A stretch of DNA of 63,012 nt, counting the filler, from Intoshia linei (lineage: Eukaryota > Animalia > Orthonectida), in NCBI GenBank assembly GCA_001642005.1. It is 10 parts of 10 records of this genome, joined end to end, with 100 filler letters (N's around TTAATTAATTAA, not from the genome) between each part and the next. Parts side by side here need not be neighbours in the genome. Positions count along the whole stretch, not along the records: positions 15,686 to 33,390 come from LWCA01000798.1; positions 33,491 to 48,252 come from LWCA01000945.1; 8 more parts are not named here. One strand, 5' to 3'. Shown here in pieces: positions 25,353 to 36,057 of the stretch. The position numbers were made by a program, and so were the translations under genes. Below the pieces are notes generated by a model that worked only from the letters and a program-made list of their open reading frames with translations, was not told the DNA's origin and did not search any database. Numbering within the stretch: position 1 is the stretch's first letter; each line of letters begins with the position of its first letter.

Positions 25353-26507
25353 GTGATGATATATATTTAGTACCAATTTTCTATATACTTAAATTGACTC
25401 AAATTAACTCAAATAATTGTAATAAATATAAAAATGATATTAACAAATTGTATTACTTTTAGTTTGACTGTTGTATTTTTTATTTAAATTTTATTCAAAA
25501 TGTTTTGAAAATGAGAATTTAACATGTAAAAATTCCATAGCAATAAAAAAAATTCCGAATTATTTCCGATTATTTCACATTTTTTGTTTTAATAAAATAT
25601 TTCGGAACAAAAATATATAAATACTATAATGCTTTTTTGACCGTGAAGTCATCAGTTATTCGGATTGAAATTTTCTGTGTGTGTTAACAGGATACAACTG
25701 TACAACCTGGTTAAATTCTAGGGCTGTTTTCATTAACAAAAGAAGGGTCATTTGTGGTTTTGGCCCTGAAGATATAATTTTTTTAAATTTAAATTTATGA
25801 TAATGTTTATGATTTTAAAATCCGTATCAGCGTATATATTTTTTTAAATTCTCGAACTCGTTTGATTTTCAAAAAAAAGACAATTGGGATATATATTTTT
25901 TTAAATTCTCCAACTCGTTTGATTTTCAAAAAGAGGGACAATGTATTTTTTTAAATTTTTTAACTCGTTTGATTTTCAAAAGAAGGACAATTGGGGTTTT
26001 TGATTCGTAAGATATGAGTTTGGGAGGTTGAAATTTATCTTATTATATATCTCGGAAAAAACTGTAATTAAAATGTGGACTTTATAAAATCTAAGACTGG
26101 TACTTATTTCAATAAAGTCGAACACACACTAACAAATATTGCGTAGCATATTATATAAGTAAGGATTATTGTATTTTTTTTAATTTTAGCTAGTAATTTC
26201 ATTTTAGTGGGCGATAAAAATTTTATAGTAAATTACCGGTACCCGATGTATAAAATAGGAGCCCCTGTATTAATAATATAATATTTTAATTTACATATTC
26301 ACTGTTAATGTGTCCAAATAAATTTCTGGTACCTCCGCCAACTAGACTTCGCCAATCTAGCTACATAATATACAAAGTGCATATCAAACAAGCTTCTCAT
26401 AAATAAACTATGAATTAAAATAATTTTTAATATAAAACATTTAAAATGATTAAATCTGTTGTACAATGCAGCAAAACAATGAAAAATCACAAATAACTAT
26501 CATTACA

Positions 26508-27521
26508 TTAATTAGTATCTTGATTCACAGGGTAAAATAAATTTAATCTCATAAATAGGATAAATAGGTGACTAGAATTTATGAGAACATCAGTTTTATC
26601 TTTAAAAATTATTTCAAAAATGATATTGGACAATATGTCAACCATACACATTGCGTATATTATTTTTTTAATGTTGAGATAAAAATTAATGTGTACTAAA
26701 TTGAATTGAAAGGTACGAAAGATATAAATATTGAACCAGATATTGTTGATAATGGTATATACTGCAAAACTGATTGGATCTTCATTCAAGAGATAAAAAT
26801 ATCCAATAAAATTTACAGTTATTAATGCAATATTACCGATAATTACCTTTGTTATATACGCCGTATAACCATCCGTGGCTATACTGTATACAATAAAATG
26901 AGGATTAGTAAAAGCATCGTATACAATCAAAATGAACGTTACATATCCACATCTTTTAAATATAAAAATCCAACTTTTATTTGTTTTGATAAACTCTTTT
27001 AATCCTAATATTTGGTTCGCTTTTATATGCCTATATGCCGTAGAGATGTAATACAGAAAAATGACAACATTATAAAGAATAATTTCGGAAAAGTAGTATA
27101 AAGTAATTTTGGCCTGCAGATTTGAAATCATCACATATTCCAGCATACTTGTTATTATATAATTTATCCAGTAACTTAATAAATAATGTAACAATATTGC
27201 ATTGATGAAAAATACATGTCTAACATAAGTTTCTGAGAATGGACTTTTCAAAAGTGAGAATGTTATTCCGTAAAACAAAGTATTGTCGAGTAGTGTAATT
27301 GAAAAAAGTATAATCTCTCGTTCATAAGATTGGAAATTTGGAAAAACTTCATGACCTCTGAATACAAAAACAGTTAAACCGGTTATTAAAATGGCGGTAT
27401 AGGTTGTCGTTGCAGCCACAAAAACGGATATTCCAGCTTTACTTTGTGGTTTCATGTCTTGTAAACAGTTATACTGTAATGACAATATGCATAGTATCAT
27501 GAGAGACATTTTTTTAGACAT
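26508..27521 (-). CDS. Intronless multi-pass membrane protein (337 aa; signal peptide + ~9 TM), unknown family, paralogue A
   Basis: 1-kb stop-free ORF in very AT-rich DNA, with alternating hydrophobic segments and end-to-end colinear similarity to 31837-32913. Confidence 0.85.
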   Translation of the reverse strand: MSKKMSLMILCILSLQYNCLQDMKPQSKAGISVFVAATTTYTAILITGLTVFVFRGHEVFPNFQSYEREIILFSITLLDNTLFYGITFSLLKSPFSETYVRHVFFINAILLHYLLSYWINYIITSMLEYVMISNLQAKITLYYFSEIILYNVVIFLYYISTAYRHIKANQILGLKEFIKTNKSWIFIFKRCGYVTFILIVYDAFTNPHFIVYSIATDGYTAYITKVIIGNIALITVNFIGYFYLLNEDPISFAVYTIINNIWFNIYIFRTFQFNLVHINFYLNIKKIIYAMCMVDILSNIIFEIIFKDKTDVLINSSHLFILFMRLNLFYPVNQDTN

Positions 27522-28429
27522 GTCGAAGTTTTTTTATTGTTTAACTTTCTATTTGATGAAAATAATGAAGTTTTCTATATTTGTTTTAAAAGACATTGAA
27601 AGTTCAAAAAGTAAAATTAAAAAATTATTATTATTTACATGTTAGTAGTATGTTAGTAGAAATGTTCAACGAAATCAAAAATTAAGTAAAATCTTCACTG
27701 TGAATTGCACGTAAATGTATGAAATGTATGTTGATACAAAATTTCATCATTTTAACTTACAATCTTGATCACTTCAAAACGAATATTTGCGGTTAGACAT
27801 ATTTTAGTATCATCGATTTTTATTAATGAATAAATGAACTATTATGGATCAATGATATAATTATACTAATTCAATTATAATTTATTTAATAATTCACTGG
27901 AATGAACCAGTGGCGAATCTAAGATTTTCAGCTAGGGCCACAATAATTATTACTGGATCAAACGCATAATGTACAATAATGTTTATATTAGAATTTTTAT
28001 ATTATATTTATTAATATATTCATATCTATAATAATAATTTATATTTTTTTCTAGATTTTATTCTACTTTTTCTACATCAAAATCGATGTTTTCGGCAAAT
28101 TTTCTTTCGATTGGCAACAAGTTAAGTCCAATAATTTAACACTGTTAAATTAAACATATGTTAATAGCATAACAAATAATAAATAAATTAATGATCATTA
28201 TACACATTAAACGTAAATAATGATAAGCATAATTCAATAAATGCAATTTGATGAGGCGTAGAAAAATTTTTAATTTTAATACACAAATTAATATATTTTA
28301 GGGTACATTTATCACGTCAGGGTGCGACTGCCCATCCCCATACCCCTAGGGTGTACCATTTTGATCAAAATTTTTTAATGTAGGTTGGTAGTATTTATAA
28401 AATACCAATATATTTATTAAAGCTAAATA

Positions 28430-28981
28430 CAATCTAAGTCGTTATTAACGGAACTGAAAATTCCGTAATTTTGTTAAAAAGGAATTTTCCCCATAGTAAC
28501 ACTCTTGTTAACGGAATTTAATTTTTTTTAAATAAAAAATATTAAATGGTAATATTTCTTGTTATTATGAGTTTTTGAATAATACAAGTCGAAAGAATAT
28601 AATTAAAACATTATCAAGGGGTCCACTTCAGTTTTTTGGGGTCCATGAAAAATTGTATCAATGTTAAATTATTTAAAGATATAAAATAAAGTTAAAAATG
28701 ATATTTCCCCAATGATAGAAATTATTTCTAATTAACGCCATCTAATTTGATATCTATTAAAAATTTGATAAAAAATGTAACAAACTGACTTTTAATTAGA
28801 AAAAAATGAGTTTATATTTATGATAGTCATTAAAAATGGATTCTAGAGCTTTAGAGATAAAATTTTTATTAACGGAATTTTTGGTTCATACTAATTCGTT
28901 AAGAAAAAATAAATAATTTAAAATTCCGTTAAAATGGAACTTTTCCGCTAACAAAAATTCCCTTAATAAGGACTTAGACTG
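28430..28981. mobile_element. pogo/Tigger-type MITE
   Basis: TA|CAATCTAAGTCGTTATTAACGGAA ... TTCCCTTAATAAGGACTTAGACTG|TA, with internal repeats of TTAACGGAA. Confidence 0.75.
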
Positions 28982-29518
28982 TATTGTATTTATAGACACC
29001 AAAAGACATTATTCAAGCGTTACATTTACATATGTCATGTGGCTACGCATGTTGGATTAAAAGGCAACTTAGAAACATTCTAGAATCTTCGCAGTCGCAT
29101 AGAATATGTATCATTTTTCTCTTATCATTAACAATTGTAAATTAAAACAATTTTCTATGTGACCTTTCCATCATTCCACTTTGTACCAAATATATAACAA
29201 AATTTGTTGGTTTTTGAAGATAAAATTAAAATTATTATGAAATTAGCTTGGATGTTATCTATTTCCTTCAAACCGCAGTCAGCTCTGTCGATAAGAAACT
29301 TTTTAATTTTATGATAGGTTTTTTAATTAATTATAGAAAATTTTGTGTACATTATACACTATTTCAGAAGTTTTAAATTTTTTTAAACCAATGTATTTCC
29401 TATTTCCATCGAAAATCAGCAAAATTATTTTTTTGTTTTGATCTTTTTAAAGTAATTTTACTAGAATTTGAAAAAAAGTACATACTGAGTTTCTTAAAAA
29501 ACTAAATTAAACACAGTA

Positions 29519-30740
29519 TTATTACTTACATCAAACGCTTCGTTTGTCTGTACGTGTTATCGTTTATTTCCATAATTACCAGTCTTAGAATTTTAAGAAG
29601 TCCACATTTTAAGTACATTTTTTTTCGGGTGTTAGCAAAATAATTTCAACATCCCAAACTGACATCTTATGGGTCAAAAACCCCAATTGTTTTTTTTTTT
29701 GAAAATCAAACAAGTTCAAGAATTTAAAAAAATATACACTCTGATACGGATTTTAAAATCATAAAATTTTATCAGAAATTTAAATTTAAAAAAAATTATA
29801 TCTTCAGGGCCAAAACCCAAAATTTCCCTTTCTTTTTTTTTTGAAAACAGCCCTAGAATTTAAAAAAATTTACAGGTGCTATAGTTGTATCCTGTTAACA
29901 CACACAAAAAATTTAAATCAGAATAAGTGACGACTTCACGGTCAAAAACGCATTTTAGTATAGTATATATTTTTTTCAAAATATTTTATTAAAACAAAAA
30001 ATGTGAAATAATTAACTGTCCGAAAATAAAAAAAAAATTATTCTGATATAGCTTATTTTATTTAAATATAAATACAACATTTCAACCACAGAGATCTACG
30101 CAATACAGGTGAAAAATAATTTTTAATATATTATCAACCAATATTTTTCAAATATTTCGATTAAAATAAAAATGAAAATGCAAATTTATCCTACAATTTT
30201 AAAAAAAAATGTGTATTTAACGTCTAAATATTTTCAATAAAGAAATATGGGTGAAATCTATATAATTCATTCCTTCGGATTTTTTTTCATTGCTATGCAA
30301 TTTTAAAAACAATTGTTATCCCATTTTTTTAAATTATTAGACAGGATGTGTGTATAATATTAAAAATAAATTAAAAATAGTCCAATCCTAAAAATTGTCA
30401 TAAATAGCATACATTCCAGAAAAAATAAAATTATGAAAACCTATTTTGTCATTTTCAGGGTGATGATATATATTCAGTACCAATTTACCAAGTTAATGAA
30501 TACTTGACAATAACAATTATGTATCAATAATTAACCGAATCTTCACTTTATAAACATATTATAGTCGAATTTTACCAAAATTGCAAATGATTGTAATAAA
30601 TATAAAAATGATATTAACAAAGTTGTTTTAGTTTCGTTGTTTTTTGAAATTCTAGTGCTGTTTTCATTAAAAAAAGAAAGGTAATTTGTGGTTTTGGCAC
30701 TAAGATATAATTTTTTTAAATTTAAATTTATGATAATTAT
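29519..30740. mobile_element. Two Helitron family A pieces in opposite orientation (+ 29519-30280, - ~30295-30740)
   Basis: The first part matches the family 5' half on the plus strand; the second part matches 20310-20470 and 25355-25800 in minus orientation. Confidence 0.7.
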
Positions 30741-31836
30741 TATATAAATATTATAATATTGTGTAATATATAAAAAAAATTAAATTTCGATTAAAAATAA
30801 AAGATATACATTTTTTTTACAAACACTTGTTTGGATTTGATTTTTTTGAACAATACGATATTATTTATCCAAGTCAGATTAAGCGTAGATATAAAAATAT
30901 GTAAAAAAGTCACTGTTGTGATTCTGTAAGAATATTTAGACATATTAATTCAGGTTTAAATTCGGTAAAATTATTCAATTGAACATTAATTTTCAATAAA
31001 TACAATATTTTCATTTTAATTTTAAAAGTTGAAAATGTAATCATAAAGTAATAATTTTATCAGATTCTTGCACTGTCAAAAGTTTAATAAAGTTACTACC
31101 GAAATATTATTCATTGTAGCCACGCGTTACTAACTATAGTCTTATTTTATAGCCACTTTAGTTTATCTTGGTGAGATTCTGAGTATTGTAGTGCATCATG
31201 TTTTACTGTTTTTTTAACAGTAAAACTTTTATTAAATTAAGTTAAATTTAGTATTCAATTAAAGTTAAGTACATGTGATATTTAAGATAGTGTCATAGAT
31301 ACTACACCTCCCTTGCCAGAATTAAAGTGGTTTGAGAAGAATAAACATTCACATAGATCTTAATTGATGTTTAACTTTTAACAATTTGATAATAGTTGCT
31401 CCTATATTTGACTTGAAAATAATTTGAATTTTTCGAGAATTGGAGATATTTCCATGTTAAGTATTATGATATGAAAAACTTAGCAAAGGCATTTTTAGTG
31501 TTAGACAATTTTATGAGAAATTTAAACATCATTAAAGTTAAGAGATATTTATATAAGATTTTTTATTTTAAGAATTTATTTTTTTGGTTTAATTAAAAAA
31601 ATACACCCTCGCCATAAGTAGATAGTGTGTTTACAAAAGTACATAACTTAATAATTTTAATCAAGCTAATTGTATAATAATTATATGTTGAATTTTTGAA
31701 CTAAACGTATTAAAATGCATTTAAATACTAAATAGAAACACAACTTTAAGGGCATTCAAAGTTTATTCACATTTACTATAAAAATTAACTTTAATGAAAT
31801 TTAATATGCAAACATTTCACCTTTATTACTTTTTTC

Positions 31837-32913
31837 ATGAAAAAAACGTTTATTTTCTTTTTGATAATCTCTATTTTTGAAAGAAATGAATCTCACCAGA
31901 AACTCATCAATACATCAAGTATCAAAGGAATAACAGTTTTTACTATAATGTCTCTATTATACATGTCTAGCATAGCGGGCATGTTTTACGGAATAATAAT
32001 ATATGATATTGAAAGTCTTTATTTTTATCAAAAAGGTTTGATATATCTTGGAATAGTTATTATTTTGAATACGATATATTACGGTGTAACATTATCACTA
32101 TTCCTAAACCCATTCGGTTCACAGTACATCAATTGTATATTCTTTCTCAATTCATTAATCATATATTACGTAGCCAATTACTGGTTATATATTTGTAATA
32201 TTATAATAATAGTTTCAATTGGACATGCTCATATAAATAAAATTTCATTCGTCGTAATTTATTACACAATAGATGTGATTTTTCAAAATATTACATTTAT
32301 ATTTTTTTATTTGTCCACGTACAATATACGGACTACAACTAAAAAGTTATCAATTTTAAATTTTTTAAAAGAAAAATCATATCGCGATAATTTACTATGC
32401 AAAATAATGTTTTTCAACATTTTATTACTCATTTATGATTTCACCACACAAACCAAATTTATCAATCCTACATCTCAAAAAGAAGGTTCACCAATAATGT
32501 ATATCAAAATAATTATTGGTAATATTGGAATTATAGTTATGTACATGTTAGCATTTTTTAAATTATTTACAGAGACTAGTATTAGCTTTTCTATATATAT
32601 TATTGGCAATTTGTTAATATACAATGTTTACGTTTTTGCTACATTTGATATATGTCTACTTAATTCAAAAATTTACAAACACATGACGCATATAATATAC
32701 ATTATCGTACCTATTTATATAATTTCAAATGTTATCATCACAATCAAATTTATTGATAAAACCGACCACTTCTTATTCACAAATGGCATCATTTTACTTT
32801 TGTGCAGAATCGCGAAGTTTTCATCGTCCAATAATGTTGAAAAAGTAATTAAAATCAACATGAAATATTTGGAAATTTATATAAAAAGACTATGTAAGGT
32901 AAATATAATTTAA
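31837..32913 (+). CDS. Intronless multi-pass membrane protein (358 aa; signal peptide + ~9 TM), unknown family, paralogue B
   Basis: 1.07-kb stop-free ORF sharing ordered motifs with paralogue A: GI[ST]VF, NTxxYGxTxSLxxxPF, FFxN, YW, KxIIGNI, ExxISF, NxYxFxTF, FxDKTD. Confidence 0.85.
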   Translation: MKKTFIFFLIISIFERNESHQKLINTSSIKGITVFTIMSLLYMSSIAGMFYGIIIYDIESLYFYQKGLIYLGIVIILNTIYYGVTLSLFLNPFGSQYINCIFFLNSLIIYYVANYWLYICNIIIIVSIGHAHINKISFVVIYYTIDVIFQNITFIFFYLSTYNIRTTTKKLSILNFLKEKSYRDNLLCKIMFFNILLLIYDFTTQTKFINPTSQKEGSPIMYIKIIIGNIGIIVMYMLAFFKLFTETSISFSIYIIGNLLIYNVYVFATFDICLLNSKIYKHMTHIIYIIVPIYIISNVIITIKFIDKTDHFLFTNGIILLLCRIAKFSSSNNVEKVIKINMKYLEIYIKRLCKVNII

Positions 32914-32967
32914 ATGTTGTTTACATCAATGATTCTCGAAATCAATATTTTAGTGCTTTTATGACTA

Positions 32968-33390
32968 TCCTTACTTATATAATATGCTTTGCAATATTGT
33001 TTTTCAGTGTATGTTACCGTTTATTTCAATAACTACCAGTCTTAGAATTTTATAAAGTCCATATTTCAATTACAGTTTTTCCGAGAGTGTTAAAAAAATA
33101 AATTTCGACCTACCAAACGAATATCTTAGTAAAATGATCTTACGGGTCAAAAACCCCAATTGTCCTTTTTTTTGAAAATCAAACAAGTTTGACAATTTGA
33201 AAAAATATACACTCTGATACGAATTTTAAAATCATAAATATTATTATAAATTTAAATTTAAAAAAATAAATATCTTCAGGGCCAAAACCACAAATTCCAT
33301 TTTTTTTAATGAAAACAGCCCTAGAATTTAAAATATTTTACAGGTGGTACAGTTGTATCCTGTTAACTCACAAAAAATTTCAATCTGAAT
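32968..33390 (+). mobile_element. Helitron family A, 5' part running into a gap
   Basis: Starts A|TCCTTACTTATATAATATGC; family body follows. Confidence 0.8.
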
Positions 33391-33538
33391 NNNNNNNNNN
33401 NNNNNNNNNNNNNNNNNNNNNNNNNNNNNNNNNNTTAATTAATTAANNNNNNNNNNNNNNNNNNNNNNNNNNNNNNNNNNNNNNNNNNNNTATAACCCTT
33501 GAAATAATATTAAACTCCGAAAAATAATAATTTGTTAG

Positions 33539-33654
33539 TTCTGACATTTAGACACGATTTGAAAATTTACGCTTCTGACGAATAACGAGTGCAAATGACT
33601 GTTGCGGCATTTGCAAAAGAGTTTTTAATGCTGGAAGGTGAACTTCCACCCATA
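33539..33654 (+). pseudogene. PPIP5K: Isolated exon-sized fragment of PPIP5K/Vip1 (phosphatase-like domain) with an in-frame stop
   Basis: [36 protein letters not shown] versus the conserved [37 protein letters not shown]. TAA at 33583-33585; preceded by an acceptor-like TTGTTAG. Confidence 0.85.
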
Positions 33655-33800
33655 AAATTGGGATTTTCCTTAAAGAGCTTTTAAAATAGAATTTTTTTAT
33701 TGAAGGTTGGTAAAAGTGGGTTTTCCCATAAGGGTTGGTAAAATTTGGGTTTTTCTTTAAAGGTTGGTAAATTTTGATTTTTAGTAAAAATAGTTGGATT
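33655..33800 (+). repeat. Degenerate ~28-bp tandem repeat (GGTTGGTAAAAxTGGxTTTTCCxTAAA)
   Basis: About 5 units; the same unit occurs in reverse orientation about 6 times at 46300-46480. Confidence 0.7.
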
Positions 33801-33988
33801 TAAGAATATTCTCTTTTAAAAAAGATTTTATGAAAATCACAAAATTTCATCACACAGAGTCCTGTGTCATATCTTGAAATCAAAGTAAACTGCTATGAAT
33901 CTATATTTAGATTTAAACCAAAAATATAACAAAATTGATGAAAATTTTAAAATTCTGTACCCTACATCATGAAAATTGAATAAATCAC

Positions 33989-35085
33989 CTCGGTTAAGTT
34001 AGTGGCAGCACAAACATACATTTCGTCTTTTTCAACCTTTTTGCGGAATCTCATAACTTGTTCAATCTCTGTACAAATAAGATATTAATATTTTAAATTT
34101 TAAACCATTTGCGTTAATATCTTTCGGCCAACCCCCTTCCGTATGGTTTATTCCTCTATTAAATGTTTCAAATCTTTCAGTATTTGCCTAAGTTACAAAT
34201 ACATAATTTATTCATTATCACAATTTTTAAAATAAAAACCAAACAAAGGTGCCATTTTTGTATTGGTCACAAAAAGGTTTGAATCTCGGGATTGATAAAA
34301 TTTTATAATATAAAATAATTTTAAATTCAGGGTGTTGGAATTTACGTTAAACCCGCAAAACTGACATTTTATATATAAACACATTCATACAAAACCATAT
34401 AACAGTCACCAAAGATATTTAGATGAAGTTTTAAGGTTCATGAAAAACTTTCACATTTTAGGGATCATCAGAACTCAAAAACATTATTTATATTTCTTTC
34501 TATTTAAAATTTTAGATATTTAACCCATTTAAAAATTATTATTTTTAAGGGCTCCAGTGATTTATATTCTACAAATGGTATTTAATAAAAAGTATGGTGT
34601 CTACTGGTGTAAAGAATATTAGCTTGGGCTTTCTTTAAAATTAGTAGTCATGGATAAAGTTTATATGTACTAATCTTCGAATCCCTAGTTTTATCAAATA
34701 ATTAAAATTTTTCTGTATATTTATTTTTTTTAATTCTAAGATTGAATTATGAACATGTGAATGTAATAAATATAAAAGTAGCGGTAATGAAATTTATTGA
34801 AAAAATTGGAAGTCAGTTAAATAATTTATAAATTTTTCAAGTTGTTATGATTTCGAAATCAGCATACAAAAATATTTTCATTTTACAAATTTTTTTAATC
34901 ACCTCATGCTCTGCCATTTCCTGAACATTTTGAATTTGTCGATCAATAGGGTTTTTTCCAACAAGGTTTCCTAAGAGAGCATGATTTGGAGCAATATCAC
35001 AATTAATTTCAGCTGGACGATCATTAAAAATACACTGCCTACCAAATTCAGACCTTTTTTTAGTATAAACGTGAACAATCTCCAT
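33989..35085 (-). CDS. DNAI2: Axonemal outer-arm dynein intermediate chain 2, exons 1-3; remainder beyond the gap
   Basis: Exons 35085-34903, 34187-34106 and 34068-33989 (37-nt intron 2) give [18 protein letters not shown]...EHEANTERFE...[30 protein letters not shown], closely matching the DNAI2 N-terminus. Confidence 0.95.
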
Positions 35086-35219
35086 TAAAATTTAGGGTAT
35101 TTGTTATTGTTTACCGAAACACGGAAACCAAAATAATGAAATATGAGCAATGTTTAATATAAAGCTCAATGATACAATTATACTATAGTAATAATAAAAC
35201 ATAAGTGATTTTTTCGATT

Positions 35220-36057
35220 TTATTGTTCAGAATCATCTTTATTATCTGGTTCACCCGATTGTTCAACAGATTCATCACAATCAGCTTCGTTGCTATTGGT
35301 CCATAACTAAATTTTTAAAATAAAAACAGGAAAAATAGACATTACCGTCAAATTGTCCCTCAAAAGTTGCATGATCAATTTACTGTCATTGTAGGAGCAT
35401 TCAGGAAGACCATCTAACTGTATAATTGCATCGTCAAAAGCTTGTTTAGCAATTCTGCAAGCCTCAGTTGGGTTATTTTTAATTTCGTAATAAAACACAG
35501 AAAAGTTTAAAGCTAAACCTAATCTTATTGGATTAGTAGACTTCATCTCATTTTGTGCAAGTTCAGTTGCCTCCGTATACGCTGCTTCAGCCAAATCGGA
35601 AATTTTCTGTCGTTCCTCTCCCTCAGTTACCTCAGCATGATATCGATAGTAATCGCCCTTCATTTTTTTATAAAAGACAATACTTTCTGGTTTATCTTCC
35701 ACTTTTATAATTTCGTCTAATGTAGTCTAAAAATAAATGAAATTTAATTTAACAAATAATTACGAGAACATCATTTGTTATTAATTTTATATCAACAACT
35801 ACAGCCGCAACTTTGTCTTGAACAATATGACGGTAGTGACTCTGTTCCGTTTGTTTATCATGACCAGTTAAAACACGGTATGCAGCTCGATGAGGGCCGA
35901 TTAGGTTTTTAAAAGCAACGGAAAGTAAATTTCGCTCTTCTTGTTTAAGGTTATAATCAAATTTGGCGGCCTGATTCATGCAATTCGCCATATCTCTATA
36001 ACGTTCGGCCTGTTCAGCCAATTTGGCAGTAAATACAAAAACTTCTTTTTCGTTCAT
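35220..36057 (-). CDS. 14-3-3 protein, complete (253 aa, divergent)
   Basis: Exons 36057-35764, 35726-35346 and 35306-35220 (introns of 37 and 39 nt). Motifs [61 protein letters not shown], then an acidic tail. Confidence 0.97.

Larger units (their letters stand above)
22615..26165 (-). mobile_element. Helitron family A copy interrupted by a nested hAT element
   Basis: 5' TC end at 26165, eroded 3' hairpin near 22615. The family sequence TTTTCAATGTGATGATATATATT is split at 23015/25353. Confidence 0.8.

Noticed and set aside
26508-32913. TM ORFs as mitochondrial insertions (NUMTs) or rhodopsin-type GPCRs
   Set aside because: They read through in the standard code with TGG for Trp, show no cox/cob/nad motifs and no DRY/NPxxY, and have more than seven hydrophobic segments.
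25560-33390. Helitron copies symmetrically flanking the two TM genes, suggesting a composite transposon or the cause of their duplication
   Set aside because: The proteins are far more diverged than the Helitron copies, and the family is dense enough for the symmetry to arise by chance.
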